A stretch of 64,000 nucleotides of DNA. Source: Elusimicrobia bacterium GWB2_63_16 (GTDB lineage Bacteria > Elusimicrobiota > Elusimicrobia > Elusimicrobiales > UBA9959). The DNA is taken from positions 11,558 to 75,557 of the forward strand of contig MGTZ01000038.1 in NCBI GenBank assembly GCA_001799715.1. The letters run 5' to 3'. A model generated the notes under the pieces. It searched no databases. It had not been told where the DNA came from and saw only the letters and a program-made list of their open reading frames with translations. Below are positions 1-9,171 of this stretch, piece after piece. The position numbers and the translations under genes were made by a program. Position 1 is the stretch's first letter. Every line of letters starts with the position of its first letter.

Positions 1-2
1 AA

Positions 3-26
3 GCCTCGGCCTCCGAGGCGGTTTTG
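3..26 (+). terminator. weak hairpin plus short T run; possible terminator of a gene lying upstream of the window
   Basis: GCCTCGG / CCGAGGC 7-bp stem with 3-nt loop, followed by GGTTTTG, read directly. Confidence 0.3.
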
Positions 27-95
27 CTTAGCCTCCCCCTTGCAACGCCCCGCGCAGTTCGTCCTTTCTCGCTAAATATTAAAGGGGAATAATGT

Positions 96-1724
96 ATGGC
101 GGATTTTAAATACACCGAACTCTTCCAGCTCTCCAAACGCGACACCAGGTTCAGGCTGGTTTCTAAGGAGGGAGTGGTGGTGTCGCGGGACGGGGGACGC
201 GAGATACTTGAGGTGGAACCGGCGGCGCTCACGCGGCTGGCGCGCGAGGCCGTGCGGGACGTCTCCTTCCTGCTGCGCCGCGCCCATAACGAACAGGTGG
301 CGGCCATCCTCGCCGATCCCGAAGCCTCCGAGAACGACAAGTTCGTGGCTTACTGCCTGCTGGAGAACGCGGCCATCTCCGCCGATTTCGAGCTGCCCTT
401 CTGCCAGGACACGGGTACGGCCACGATAGTGGCCAGGAAGGGAGAGCAGGTATGGACGCGGGCCAACGACGAGGAAGCCCTCTCGCGCGGCGTTTGGGAA
501 GCCTACACGGGCGAGAACCTGCGCTACTCGCAGACGCTGGCCGCGGACATGTACCGCGAGCGCAACTCCGGCGACAATCTGCCGGCGCAGATAGATATTT
601 ACGCGAAGCCCGGCATGGCCTACGAGTTCCTGTTCGTCACCAAGGGCGGCGGCTCGGCCAACAAGACCATGCTCTACCAGGAGACCAAGGCCACGCTGAC
701 GCCCGCCAACCTGAAGCCCTTCCTCATAGAGAAAATGAAATGGCTGGGCACGGCGGCCTGCCCCCCCTACCATATAGCTTTCGTCATCGGCGGCACCTCC
801 GCCGAGATGTGCCTCAAGACCGTCAAACTCGCCAGTACCGGCTACCTCGACGGCCTGCCGGCCGATCCCGGCGACAGCGGCCGCGCTTTCAGGGACAAAG
901 CCCTGGAGGCGGAATTGCTGGAGGCTTCGCGCCATATCGGCTACGGGGCGCAGTTCGGCGGCAAATATTTCGCCCACGACATAAAGGTGGTGCGGCTGCC
1001 GCGCCACGGCGCCTCGGCCCCCATCGGCATGGGCGTCTCCTGCTCGGCGGACCGCAACGTGCTGGCCCGCATAGACCGCGACGGCCTCTGGCTGGAAGAG
1101 CTGGACCGGGAACCCGGCAGCCTGATCCCCAAAGAGACCCGCGCCAGATTCTCCTCCTGCTCCAGCTGCGCCGGCGTGGACCTGAACAGGCCCATGCCCG
1201 AGATCCTGGCCCAGCTGTCCGGGCGCCCGGTGGGCACCCGCCTTTCGCTCTCCGGCCGCATAGTGGTGGCGCGCGACCTGGCCCACGCCAAGTTCAAGGA
1301 ACTGCTGGACGCCGGGCGGCCGCTGCCCGAGTACCTGAAGAAACACCCAGTATATTACGCCGGGCCGGCCAAAACGCCGAAGGGCAAACCGTCGGGCTCT
1401 TTCGGCCCCACCACGGCCGGCCGCATGGATTCCTACGTCGACCTGCTGCAGGGCCTGGGCGCCTCGCTGGTGATGATAGCCAAGGGCAACCGCTCGGCGG
1501 CCGTCACCGACGCCTGCAAAAAACACGGCGGCTTCTACCTGGGCTCGCCGGGCGGCCCGGCCGCGCTGCTGGCCGAGCGGCACATAAAAAAAGTAGAACC
1601 GCTCGATTACCCGGAGCTCGGCATGGAGGCCGTCTGGGCCATAGACGTGGAGGATTTTCCGGTTTTTATCCTGGTGGACGACAAGGGCGGCGACTTCTTC
1701 CGCCCGGCGGCCGGAGGCAAGTGA
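96..1724 (+). CDS. fumA: class I (Fe-S dependent) fumarate hydratase, fused alpha/beta FumA type
   Basis: 542 aa. Near-collinear with E. coli FumA as I recall it: [77 protein letters not shown]. Confidence 0.95.
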   Translation: MADFKYTELFQLSKRDTRFRLVSKEGVVVSRDGGREILEVEPAALTRLAREAVRDVSFLLRRAHNEQVAAILADPEASENDKFVAYCLLENAAISADFELPFCQDTGTATIVARKGEQVWTRANDEEALSRGVWEAYTGENLRYSQTLAADMYRERNSGDNLPAQIDIYAKPGMAYEFLFVTKGGGSANKTMLYQETKATLTPANLKPFLIEKMKWLGTAACPPYHIAFVIGGTSAEMCLKTVKLASTGYLDGLPADPGDSGRAFRDKALEAELLEASRHIGYGAQFGGKYFAHDIKVVRLPRHGASAPIGMGVSCSADRNVLARIDRDGLWLEELDREPGSLIPKETRARFSSCSSCAGVDLNRPMPEILAQLSGRPVGTRLSLSGRIVVARDLAHAKFKELLDAGRPLPEYLKKHPVYYAGPAKTPKGKPSGSFGPTTAGRMDSYVDLLQGLGASLVMIAKGNRSAAVTDACKKHGGFYLGSPGGPAALLAERHIKKVEPLDYPELGMEAVWAIDVEDFPVFILVDDKGGDFFRPAAGGK

Positions 1725-2440
1725 AGAACGTCGCGGCGCGGATTAATGCCCCTCGTATAAAAAGGACGCTGCTGGCGGCAGCCCTGGCCTGCGGGGCCGC
1801 GTTCTCGGCCGGCTGCGATATTCCAATCGGCACGCCCGAGGAGCGGATGTTCAAAGCCGCCAAGAACGATTACGAGCGCAATATGCGCCGCCTGCTGGAC
1901 TCCGGCATCAGCCCCAACATCACCGACGAGGCCGGCTGGACCCCCCTGATGTGGGCGGCGGCTAAGGATAATTCAGACAGCATTAAACTGCTGCTGTCGC
2001 GCGGCGCTTACCTCGAGGCCCGCAACAAGAAGGGCGAGACGGCCCTGCACATAGCGTCGCGCTGGAGCCGCCTGGACACGGTGCGCTACCTCGTTTCCGC
2101 AGGTGCCAAGACCGGCGCGCTGGACCGCCTGGCCTGGCCGCCGCTGATGTGGGCGGCGATGCAGGGCCGCACCGACGTGGCCATAGCCCTTGTCGAGGGC
2201 GGCGCCAGGATAGACTTCAGGGACAGCAACGGCAACACCCCGCTGATGATGGCCGCCTACCGCGGCCGCGAGGCCACCGTGCGGGCCCTGCTGCGTCTGG
2301 GGGCCAACCCCGCACGCCGCAACCGGGCCGGCGAAACCGCCGCCGACGCTGCCAGGCGTAGCGGCTACACTGAACTAGCCGCCCTGCTGGGAGCCGGCGC
2401 GCCCGCGAGGCCGGCCGGAAAAAATAAAAACCCGCGCTGA
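1721..2440 (+). CDS. ankyrin-repeat protein with N-terminal signal peptide and possible lipobox (FSAGC)
   Basis: GTG start at 1721 overlaps the fumA stop (GTGA). About five ankyrin repeats ([27 protein letters not shown], GANPxxRN). This is the in-frame 3' third of the 452..2440 ORF. Confidence 0.85.
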   Translation: MKNVAARINAPRIKRTLLAAALACGAAFSAGCDIPIGTPEERMFKAAKNDYERNMRRLLDSGISPNITDEAGWTPLMWAAAKDNSDSIKLLLSRGAYLEARNKKGETALHIASRWSRLDTVRYLVSAGAKTGALDRLAWPPLMWAAMQGRTDVAIALVEGGARIDFRDSNGNTPLMMAAYRGREATVRALLRLGANPARRNRAGETAADAARRSGYTELAALLGAGAPARPAGKNKNPR

Positions 2441-2444
2441 CTCC

Positions 2445-2864
2445 ATGTCCTTTAAGATCACCACCGATACCGGCGACGCCGGACTTACGGCCGAAGCCGC
2501 CACTCCGGGCGCCCTGCTGGCCGACCTGGCCGCCGGGTTCGCCGTCCTCGCCTGCGGCGGGGCCATAGAAGAAAACGCGATCAAGGCTATCTCGCTGAAA
2601 GCCGAAACCCCGGAATCGCTGGCGGTTAATTTTCTCAATGAACTGGTTTTCCTGGCCGACACCGAAGGCTTCATCGCCGCGGCCGCCAGCGTGAGCGCCT
2701 CTTTCAAGCCCGGGGCCTGCGAGCTGACGGCCACCCTGCGGGGCGAGCCCCTGGCCTTCGAACGGCACCAGCGCGGCCTGCTGGTAAAAGCCGCCACCTA
2801 CCACGGGCTCAAGATCGAGCGCGCCGGCGGGCTGTGGAGGGCCAGCGTAGTCCTGGACATCTGA
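2445..2864 (+). CDS. archease (RtcB activator family)
   Basis: 139 aa. C-terminal KAATYHGLKIE...W.ASVVLDI signature and N-terminal DTGDAGL block. Lies directly upstream of rtcB with a 1-nt gap. Confidence 0.85.
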   Translation: MSFKITTDTGDAGLTAEAATPGALLADLAAGFAVLACGGAIEENAIKAISLKAETPESLAVNFLNELVFLADTEGFIAAAASVSASFKPGACELTATLRGEPLAFERHQRGLLVKAATYHGLKIERAGGLWRASVVLDI

Positions 2865-2865
2865 T

Positions 2866-4308
2866 ATGGACCCGCGAGTAAAAAGACTGGACCCTTACCG
2901 CCTGGAGATACCCTCCACGTACAAACCCGGCATGAACGGCCGCGTGATCGTCTATGCCGACGAGGCCATAGCGCGGGACATCGAGGCCGGCGCGCTGGAG
3001 CAGGCCGCCAATACCGCCACGCTGCCCGGCTTGGCCGCCCCGGCGCTGGCCATGCCCGACATCCATTCCGGCTACGGTTTTCCCATAGGCGGCGTGGCAG
3101 CTTTCTGCGCCAGGGACGGCGTCATCTCGCCGGGCGGCGTGGGCTACGACATCAATTGCGGCGTGCGCCTGCTGGCCTCCTCGCTGGAAGCCAAAGCCGC
3201 GGCCAAGAACCTGGAAGATCTCGCGCATAAGCTTTATGCCGGCATTCCCGCCGGCGTGGGCGCAGGAGGCGGCCTGCGGCTTAACCGCCGCGAGCAGGAC
3301 GCGCCGCTGATAGAGGGCGCGGCCTGGGCGGTGAGTCAGGGCCTGGGCCGGCTTGAAGACCTGGCCCACGCCGAATCCGGCGGGGCCCTGCCCGGGGCCG
3401 ACCCGCGCGCCGTCAGCAACCGGGCCATGGAACGCGGCCGCGGCCAGCTCGGCACGCTGGGCTCGGGCAACCATTTCCTGGAAGTGCAGGAAGTCACGGA
3501 CATCTACGACGAGGAGGCCGCGCGCGCCTACGGCTTGTTCAAGGGCCAGCTGACCGTGATGCTGCATACCGGTTCGCGCGGCTTCGGCCACCAGGTCTGT
3601 ACCGATTCCATAGAGGCGATGCGCGCCGCCTCCGGCCGCTACGCCATACCGCTGGCCGACCCGCAGCTGGCCGCCGCCCCCTTCCGCAGCACCGAGGGCC
3701 AATTATATTTCGGCGCCATGCAGGCAGCGGCCAACTACGCCTGGGCCAACCGCCAGGCCCTGACGGGGCTGACCCGGGAAATTTTCGAAAAAGCGTTCGG
3801 GCTGGGCGAAGCCAGGCTCGACCTGCGCCTGGTCTACGACGTGGCCCACAACATAGCCAAGCTGGAGGAGCATGAGCTGGACGGCAAAAAGGTCAACCTG
3901 ATAGTGCACCGCAAGGGCGCCACGCGCGCCTTCGGCCCGGGCCACCCGGAGTTGCCGGCCGACTATGCCGCTGTCGGCCAGCCGGTGATCATCCCCGGCG
4001 ACATGGGCCGCTGCTCCTACCTGCTGGCCGGCACGGCCAAAGCGATGCGGGAGACTTTCGGTTCGGCCTGCCACGGGGCGGGGCGGCTGATGAGCCGCGG
4101 CGAGGCCACCCGCCGCGCGCGCGGCCGCCGCATAGCCGACGAGCTGGCGGCTAAAGGCGTCTGGGTGCGGGCCTCCGGCCGCGAGACGCTCTCCGAAGAG
4201 ATGCCCGAAGCCTATAAGGATGTGGAGAACGTGGTAGGCGTAATGGCCGGCGCCGGCATAGCCAAAAAAGTGGCCCGCTTCCGCCCGCTGTTAGTCATCA
4301 AAGGATAA
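2866..4308 (+). CDS. rtcB: RNA-splicing ligase RtcB (3'-phosphate/5'-hydroxyl RNA ligase)
   Basis: 480 aa. MPDIHSGYGFPIGG, GYDINCGVR, GSGNHFLE, HTGSRGFGHQ, IPGDMG, SxCHGAGR motifs. Confidence 0.95.
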   Translation: MDPRVKRLDPYRLEIPSTYKPGMNGRVIVYADEAIARDIEAGALEQAANTATLPGLAAPALAMPDIHSGYGFPIGGVAAFCARDGVISPGGVGYDINCGVRLLASSLEAKAAAKNLEDLAHKLYAGIPAGVGAGGGLRLNRREQDAPLIEGAAWAVSQGLGRLEDLAHAESGGALPGADPRAVSNRAMERGRGQLGTLGSGNHFLEVQEVTDIYDEEAARAYGLFKGQLTVMLHTGSRGFGHQVCTDSIEAMRAASGRYAIPLADPQLAAAPFRSTEGQLYFGAMQAAANYAWANRQALTGLTREIFEKAFGLGEARLDLRLVYDVAHNIAKLEEHELDGKKVNLIVHRKGATRAFGPGHPELPADYAAVGQPVIIPGDMGRCSYLLAGTAKAMRETFGSACHGAGRLMSRGEATRRARGRRIADELAAKGVWVRASGRETLSEEMPEAYKDVENVVGVMAGAGIAKKVARFRPLLVIKG

Positions 4309-4314
4309 GACATT

Positions 4315-5472
4315 ATGTCCCTCAACAGGATCTTTCTAGCGCTGGCGCTGCCTCTTGTTTTCTCCGCCTGCGGTACCGGTAGGCTGGCGCCGGCCGCCCG
4401 GGCGCCGGGTATGGAGTACGCCGAGGTTTGCGACAGGCCCAGCCATTGCCTGGAGCTGTCCCGGCTGGTGATGGGCACCGATCACCTGGGCAAGATGGAG
4501 AACGCGAAAACGGTCGAGATCCTCGACGAGGCCGTGCGGCTCGGCATCAACGCCTTCGACACCTCCCCTATCTACGCCGAGCGCATAGAATACCGCCTGG
4601 GCGAATGGCTGCGCGCCGGGCGTACCGGTCTCTATGTGATATCCAAAGGCGGTTTCCCGCGGGACCTGGGGCCGGGCACCTATTCAAGCCGTCTCAAAGG
4701 CAGCAGCGCCGAGATCGCCGCCGGCGTCCGGGAAGAACTAGACACTTCCTCCCGCCAGCTGAACGGGAACATCGCCATCTACCTGCTGCACCGCGACGAC
4801 GCCGACTTTGAGAATTTCAAAAAGACGGCAAGGCAGGCCACCCCGGCCGGGACCATCCTGGCGGCGCTTGCCCGGCCGGAACTAAGGAACAGTTACGGCA
4901 TGCTGGGCGTCTCTAACTGGGAAACGGCGCGCGTCGCAGAAGCTCTTGCCGCCGCTGATCTGGATCCGGGACTACCGCGGCCGGCAGTGAACAGCCCGTA
5001 TTTTTCATTGCTTGAGATGAGTTCGGTCACTACCCACTCAGGCGGCGTGCAGGTACGGCATGAAGAAATGGCGGACCCGGCCTTCCAGCCCGGCATCAAG
5101 CTCATGCCGTATTCCCCGCTGGGCGGCTTCAGCATCATCCGCCGCGGCTGGGCGGAGGCGCGGCGGGACGCCAGGGAGCGCCGGGACGCGGGGGACCGCT
5201 ACTGGGGCCACGCCTTCGAGGCCATCTTCCATGAGGCGAACGAAAAAAGGTTCAACAGGGCGGCCGCTTTTATCGAGAGCTTCAACACGGCGCACGGCAC
5301 GGATTACACGGTGGACCAGCTCCTCAACGCCTATGTCCTGGCCCATCCGCGCGCCGACTTCCTGGTTATCGGCCCCCGGGACCTGGAGCAATTGCGCAGG
5401 ACGGTAGGCGCCCTGCGGCTTTCCAAGCTGCTGACCCGGGAGGACCTGGATCACCTGCATGGGAAAGAGTGA
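4315..5472 (+). CDS. aldo/keto reductase family protein with signal peptide and possible lipobox (VFSACG)
   Basis: 385 aa. GTDHLG...EILDEAVRLGINAFDTSPIY...LGEWL AKR N-terminal pattern. Hydrophobic leader ending in Cys. Confidence 0.8.
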   Translation: MSLNRIFLALALPLVFSACGTGRLAPAARAPGMEYAEVCDRPSHCLELSRLVMGTDHLGKMENAKTVEILDEAVRLGINAFDTSPIYAERIEYRLGEWLRAGRTGLYVISKGGFPRDLGPGTYSSRLKGSSAEIAAGVREELDTSSRQLNGNIAIYLLHRDDADFENFKKTARQATPAGTILAALARPELRNSYGMLGVSNWETARVAEALAAADLDPGLPRPAVNSPYFSLLEMSSVTTHSGGVQVRHEEMADPAFQPGIKLMPYSPLGGFSIIRRGWAEARRDARERRDAGDRYWGHAFEAIFHEANEKRFNRAAAFIESFNTAHGTDYTVDQLLNAYVLAHPRADFLVIGPRDLEQLRRTVGALRLSKLLTREDLDHLHGKE

Positions 5473-5481
5473 CCCGGGCTG

Positions 5482-6366
5482 CTAGGCGGCGTCCTGCCGC
5501 CTGACCAGCAGCGTTACCCAGTAAGCGCCGGCGAGCGCGAGGCCCAGGCCTGTCAACTGATAGGCCTGTATCTTTTCTATACCGAGGGAATGGGAAAGCA
5601 GCGCGGTCAGCACCGGGTAGGACAATACGATGGCCGTAGCCTTGCTCAGGTCCATGTTGAGTATGGCCTTGTACCAGAGCACATTGTTCAGGGCGGTCAG
5701 CACCAGGCCCCAGGCCAGCATTATCCCCAGCAGTTCCAGGCTGGGTTCGAACGACGCCACCGGCACGAAGAAGCCCAGCAGGAAGACCGGCAATATGCCC
5801 AGCGTGGCGAACAGGGTGCGGGCCGAAGCCACGAAAACGTGGTCCAGGTCCCTGGGGAGTTTTTTGCTGAACAAATGCGAGACCTGGTACATCAGCGGCA
5901 CGGCCAGCACTATCAGGTCGCCGGTCCAGCGCATGGTGAACCGCTCCTTGAAAGCTATCAGCAGGGTGCCGGCCAGCACCAGCGAGGTGCCGAACAGCTG
6001 GCTAAGGGAGATCTTCTCCCGTAGGAAAAGCCTGGACAGTATCACCGTGTAAACGGCTTCCACCTGGCCCAGAATAGCGGCGTTGGCCGGCGTGGTGTAG
6101 CGCAGCGCCAGCACCAGCGCGGCTATGGGCAGCGCGCTGCCGAAGAAGCCCACCGCGAAAAGACGCGGCCACAGGTCGCGCCGGAAATATACCGAAAAAG
6201 CCCCGTTCTTCAGTGCCCAGGGCAGGAAACAGGCGAAACCCAGCGCCGAACCGCACAGCGCGAACAGCGGCGGCGAGATGCGGCCAGCGGCAAGATAACC
6301 AATTACGGGCATGAAAGAATTTATGCAGACGGTCAGCCAGATAGCGCCCAGCGGGGTAATGGTCAT
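5482..6366 (-). CDS. EamA/DMT-superfamily transporter
   Basis: 294 aa, about 10 hydrophobic segments, duplicated EamA-like halves. Confidence 0.8.
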   Translation of the reverse strand: MTITPLGAIWLTVCINSFMPVIGYLAAGRISPPLFALCGSALGFACFLPWALKNGAFSVYFRRDLWPRLFAVGFFGSALPIAALVLALRYTTPANAAILGQVEAVYTVILSRLFLREKISLSQLFGTSLVLAGTLLIAFKERFTMRWTGDLIVLAVPLMYQVSHLFSKKLPRDLDHVFVASARTLFATLGILPVFLLGFFVPVASFEPSLELLGIMLAWGLVLTALNNVLWYKAILNMDLSKATAIVLSYPVLTALLSHSLGIEKIQAYQLTGLGLALAGAYWVTLLVRRQDAA

Positions 6367-6412
6367 CGGCTAAATTATATAATTTGTCCCTGGGCGGCCC
6401 CGGGACTCAAAC

Positions 6413-7528
6413 ATGAAAACCTACCATTTCCTTCCCATCTTCATCGTCATGGTGGCCTCCTACGTGTCCATGCATTTTTACGCCGCCAACTGGCTGGCCC
6501 GGGCTTTCACCCTGGCCCCGGCGGCCGCGAAGTGGCTGCGTTTGGCGCTGCTGGGCCTGGCCCTGTTCTCCCCCTTCATCATGTTCCTCAAGCGCGCCTT
6601 CCACGGCGGCGCGCTGGAGCAAGTATACGCCGCCGGCTATGCCTGGATGGGTATCATCTTCCTGGCCGCGCTGGTCTTCGCCTGCTCCGACCTGGCCGCG
6701 CTGCTGCTGCGCCGGTACGCCTGGTTCAGAACTCTCCCTTTCGCCTGCGCCACACTGACGCTGCTGGCCATTATTGTCGGCTGGGCGCTGTACGGCGGCC
6801 ACAAGACACCGGACATTAAAGAGGTCACCGTGACGATAACGGACCTGCCTCCCGCCCTGGACGGCCTGCGCATAGCCCAGATCTCGGATATGCACGTTGA
6901 CTCCAATTTCAAGCTGCGCCAGTACGCGGCCATAGCCGACCGCATAAACGCCGCCCGGCCGGACCTGCTGCTTATCACCGGCGACCTGATAGATCCCGGC
7001 ATAACCTGCCGCGATGAGATCGGCGAGCTGACGGCCAGGATCAAGCCGCGGCTCGGCGTTTTCGGCGCCCTGGGCAACCACGAGTACTATTATGGCCTGG
7101 GCAATGCCATGGACTGCTATGCTGCCTTCGGCATCAAGCTGCTCAAGAACGAGGCTTATGACCTGGGCGACCTGCGCCTGATAGGCTTGGGCGACATACA
7201 TACGGAACACCTCACCCGCGAGGACGTCACCGGCATACTGAACAAACACAAGGACGGAAAATTCACCATACTGCTCTCCCACCAGCCGGTATTCTACAGG
7301 GAGATAGCCGCTACCGGGGACTACCTGGGCTTCTCCGGCCACACCCACAGGGGTCAGATCTTCCCCTTCCATATCTTCACGCGGCTCGTTTATAGATACT
7401 TCTACGGTTTATATAAAGTGGGCGGCAGCTATTTCTACGTAACTTCCGGCGCCGGCACCTGGGGCCCCCCCCTGCGCTGGCTGGCCCCCGCCGAGATCCC
7501 CATAATCACACTTAGGGGACGTTCTTAA
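6413..7528 (+). CDS. membrane-anchored metallophosphoesterase (YaeI-like)
   Basis: 371 aa. N-terminal TM segments then SDMHVD, GDLID, GNHEYY, SGHTHRGQ. The last 4 codons and the stop lie inside hairpin repeat E1. Confidence 0.85.
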   Translation: MKTYHFLPIFIVMVASYVSMHFYAANWLARAFTLAPAAAKWLRLALLGLALFSPFIMFLKRAFHGGALEQVYAAGYAWMGIIFLAALVFACSDLAALLLRRYAWFRTLPFACATLTLLAIIVGWALYGGHKTPDIKEVTVTITDLPPALDGLRIAQISDMHVDSNFKLRQYAAIADRINAARPDLLLITGDLIDPGITCRDEIGELTARIKPRLGVFGALGNHEYYYGLGNAMDCYAAFGIKLLKNEAYDLGDLRLIGLGDIHTEHLTREDVTGILNKHKDGKFTILLSHQPVFYREIAATGDYLGFSGHTHRGQIFPFHIFTRLVYRYFYGLYKVGGSYFYVTSGAGTWGPPLRWLAPAEIPIITLRGRS

Positions 7529-7610
7529 CTATTGGACTATTTGACCTGCACACCCCCCTAAAAAAGTAATTCCGCTTTTTCTCAATAGTCCAATAGTTAA
7601 GAACGTCCCC
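7515..7610. repeat. GGGGACG-capped perfect hairpin element E1 (26-bp arms, 44-nt loop)
   Basis: 7515-7540 GGGGACGTTCTTAACTATTGGACTAT is the exact reverse complement of 7585-7610. Arms are AT-rich in a GC-rich context. Confidence 0.9.
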
Positions 7611-7731
7611 ATACCCAAAGGGCCCAGACGGGACTAGCCCATTTAACCCCGGGCCTCTGGGCCCGGTGAACCTTGCCGTTTTTGCCCCCTCTGATAAACT
7701 ATAGGTGTAGCGAACCCCAAGGAGGGAGTGA

Positions 7732-8925
7732 ATGAACGGCACCATCAAAAACCTTGCTCTGATATCGGCGCTCTTCTGCTTTACGGCGCAGGCCTATGCC
7801 AACGGGACGGTTCCCGCGGACAGCCAGCCCAAATCGGAAACGACCCTTTTAATGGAGCAGGCCCTGGACCAGGGCGGCAGCGCCGAAACCCGCGAGGCCG
7901 CGGTGGAAGAACTCCTGGCCAACATCGAAAATTACCAGTCCGCCGGCTCGGCTAACAAAGGCCCCTACGAGGACAACCTCAAGGCCCGCCTGAAGGCCAT
8001 AGACTCCATCTGGTCCCTGGGCCAGATCGGCGACCCCCGCCTGATGGCCAAGCTGACCAAGTTCTACTCCCAGTCGGACGACGTCCTGAAGATCAACCTG
8101 CTCATCAGCATGGGCAAGCTCAAGAGCAACACCAAAGCCGGCCCCTACCTCTTCGACATAGCGGCCGACGCCCGCGAGACCGAGGTGGTCCGCGCGGCGG
8201 CTTTCGAAATGCTGGAGAAGATAGGCTACCCATCCACCGTCATCAACCTGCAGCGCTCCGCCAAGGTCGGCATAGAGAAGGCCGATCTGATCTACACCGG
8301 CGGCATCACCGGCACCATCAGCGGCTGGGTCAGCCCCGACCTGCCCATAGGCCACGCCGGCCTGTTCGTGGGCACCGAGGTCAAGGACGGCAAGATAAAG
8401 CTGATCATAGCGGACTGCGTGCCGGACAACTTCAAGCCGGGCGGCGTGCGCAACATTGATTCCTGGAGCAACTTCACCCACCACTTCATGTACCCTTACT
8501 ACGGTAACCGCACCACCGCGAGGAAGCCTACCGCGGCGCAGCGCGAGCGCATCGCCCAGCTCGGTATAGCGATGGGCAAAAAGGGCCTGCACTACAGCGA
8601 CACCCACTTCTCGCAGAAGGGGCCCAAGGATTTCGACTGCGTGGGCTATACCGAGTACCTCTACGAGGCCGTCGGACTGAACCCCACCGAGAACAGCTAC
8701 GAGACCGGCACCGGCTGGCCGCTGACCCCCTGGGAGCAGTTCATCGCCGTTAAGCCTTACGCCGCGGCCGCCCCCTCGGCGATCATAGTGCCCAGCCAGA
8801 ACATAGTGATGCCCAGCCAGGCCATCATCACCAACGGCTTCAACGCCCTGGGCGGCGCTTTCGGGACCATCGGCCTGCGCGCCCCCGAAGTGAACACCAA
8901 CATACAGCCCGAGATCATAGAGTAA
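7732..8925 (+). CDS. exported protein: N-terminal HEAT-like repeats plus C-terminal permuted papain-fold (YiiX/NlpC-P60-like) domain
   Basis: 397 aa. Signal peptide (ALISALFCFTAQAYA), GGAGGG RBS. His before Cys (PIGHAGLFVG ... FDCVGYTEYLYEAVG), as in permuted NlpC/P60 enzymes. The domain call is by eye only. Confidence 0.6.
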   Translation: MNGTIKNLALISALFCFTAQAYANGTVPADSQPKSETTLLMEQALDQGGSAETREAAVEELLANIENYQSAGSANKGPYEDNLKARLKAIDSIWSLGQIGDPRLMAKLTKFYSQSDDVLKINLLISMGKLKSNTKAGPYLFDIAADARETEVVRAAAFEMLEKIGYPSTVINLQRSAKVGIEKADLIYTGGITGTISGWVSPDLPIGHAGLFVGTEVKDGKIKLIIADCVPDNFKPGGVRNIDSWSNFTHHFMYPYYGNRTTARKPTAAQRERIAQLGIAMGKKGLHYSDTHFSQKGPKDFDCVGYTEYLYEAVGLNPTENSYETGTGWPLTPWEQFIAVKPYAAAAPSAIIVPSQNIVMPSQAIITNGFNALGGAFGTIGLRAPEVNTNIQPEIIE

Positions 8926-8945
8926 GCTCTTCCTCAAGGCAAAAG

Positions 8946-8977
8946 GAACGCCCCGGCAACGGGGCGTTCTTATTTTG
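8946..8977 (+). terminator. intrinsic terminator after the 7732..8925 gene
   Basis: GAACGCCCC / GGGGCGTTC 9-bp stem, 6-nt loop, then TTATTTT. Confidence 0.7.
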
Positions 8978-8991
8978 TTAGAATAATCTTG

Positions 8992-9145
8992 TCCCTTTGG
9001 GACGCGGGGAGCTTGGTTGTTACCAGGCTGAGAGTTCCGGTATTGCCGGAAGACCCTTAAAACTTGATCCGGGTAATACCGGCGGAGGGAAAATGAAAGG
9101 GTCACAACTATTGCCGACTGCAACCGCGCAGCCGGCATTTTTTTG
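8992..9145 (+). promoter_or_regulatory. TPP (THI-box) riboswitch with terminator-type expression platform
   Basis: Aptamer 8992-9090 has CTGAGA...ACCCTT.AAC(T)TGATCCGGGTAATACCGGCG.AGGGA with P1 TCCCTT/GAGGGA. Downstream hairpin 9113-9136 (GCCGACTGC/GCAGCCGGC) plus a T7 run. Lies directly upstream of thiC. Confidence 0.85.
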
Positions 9146-9171
9146 TCATTTTTCCTCTCATAAAGGACAAA

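Noticed and set aside
72-1583. 503-aa minus-strand ORF, and the 5' two thirds of the 452..2440 plus-strand ORF
   Set aside because: Both overlap fumA, which matches E. coli FumA almost collinearly. Their translations are R/G/A/P-rich low-complexity sequence typical of shadow ORFs in GC-rich DNA. Only the last 240 codons of 452..2440 (the ankyrin protein) are real.
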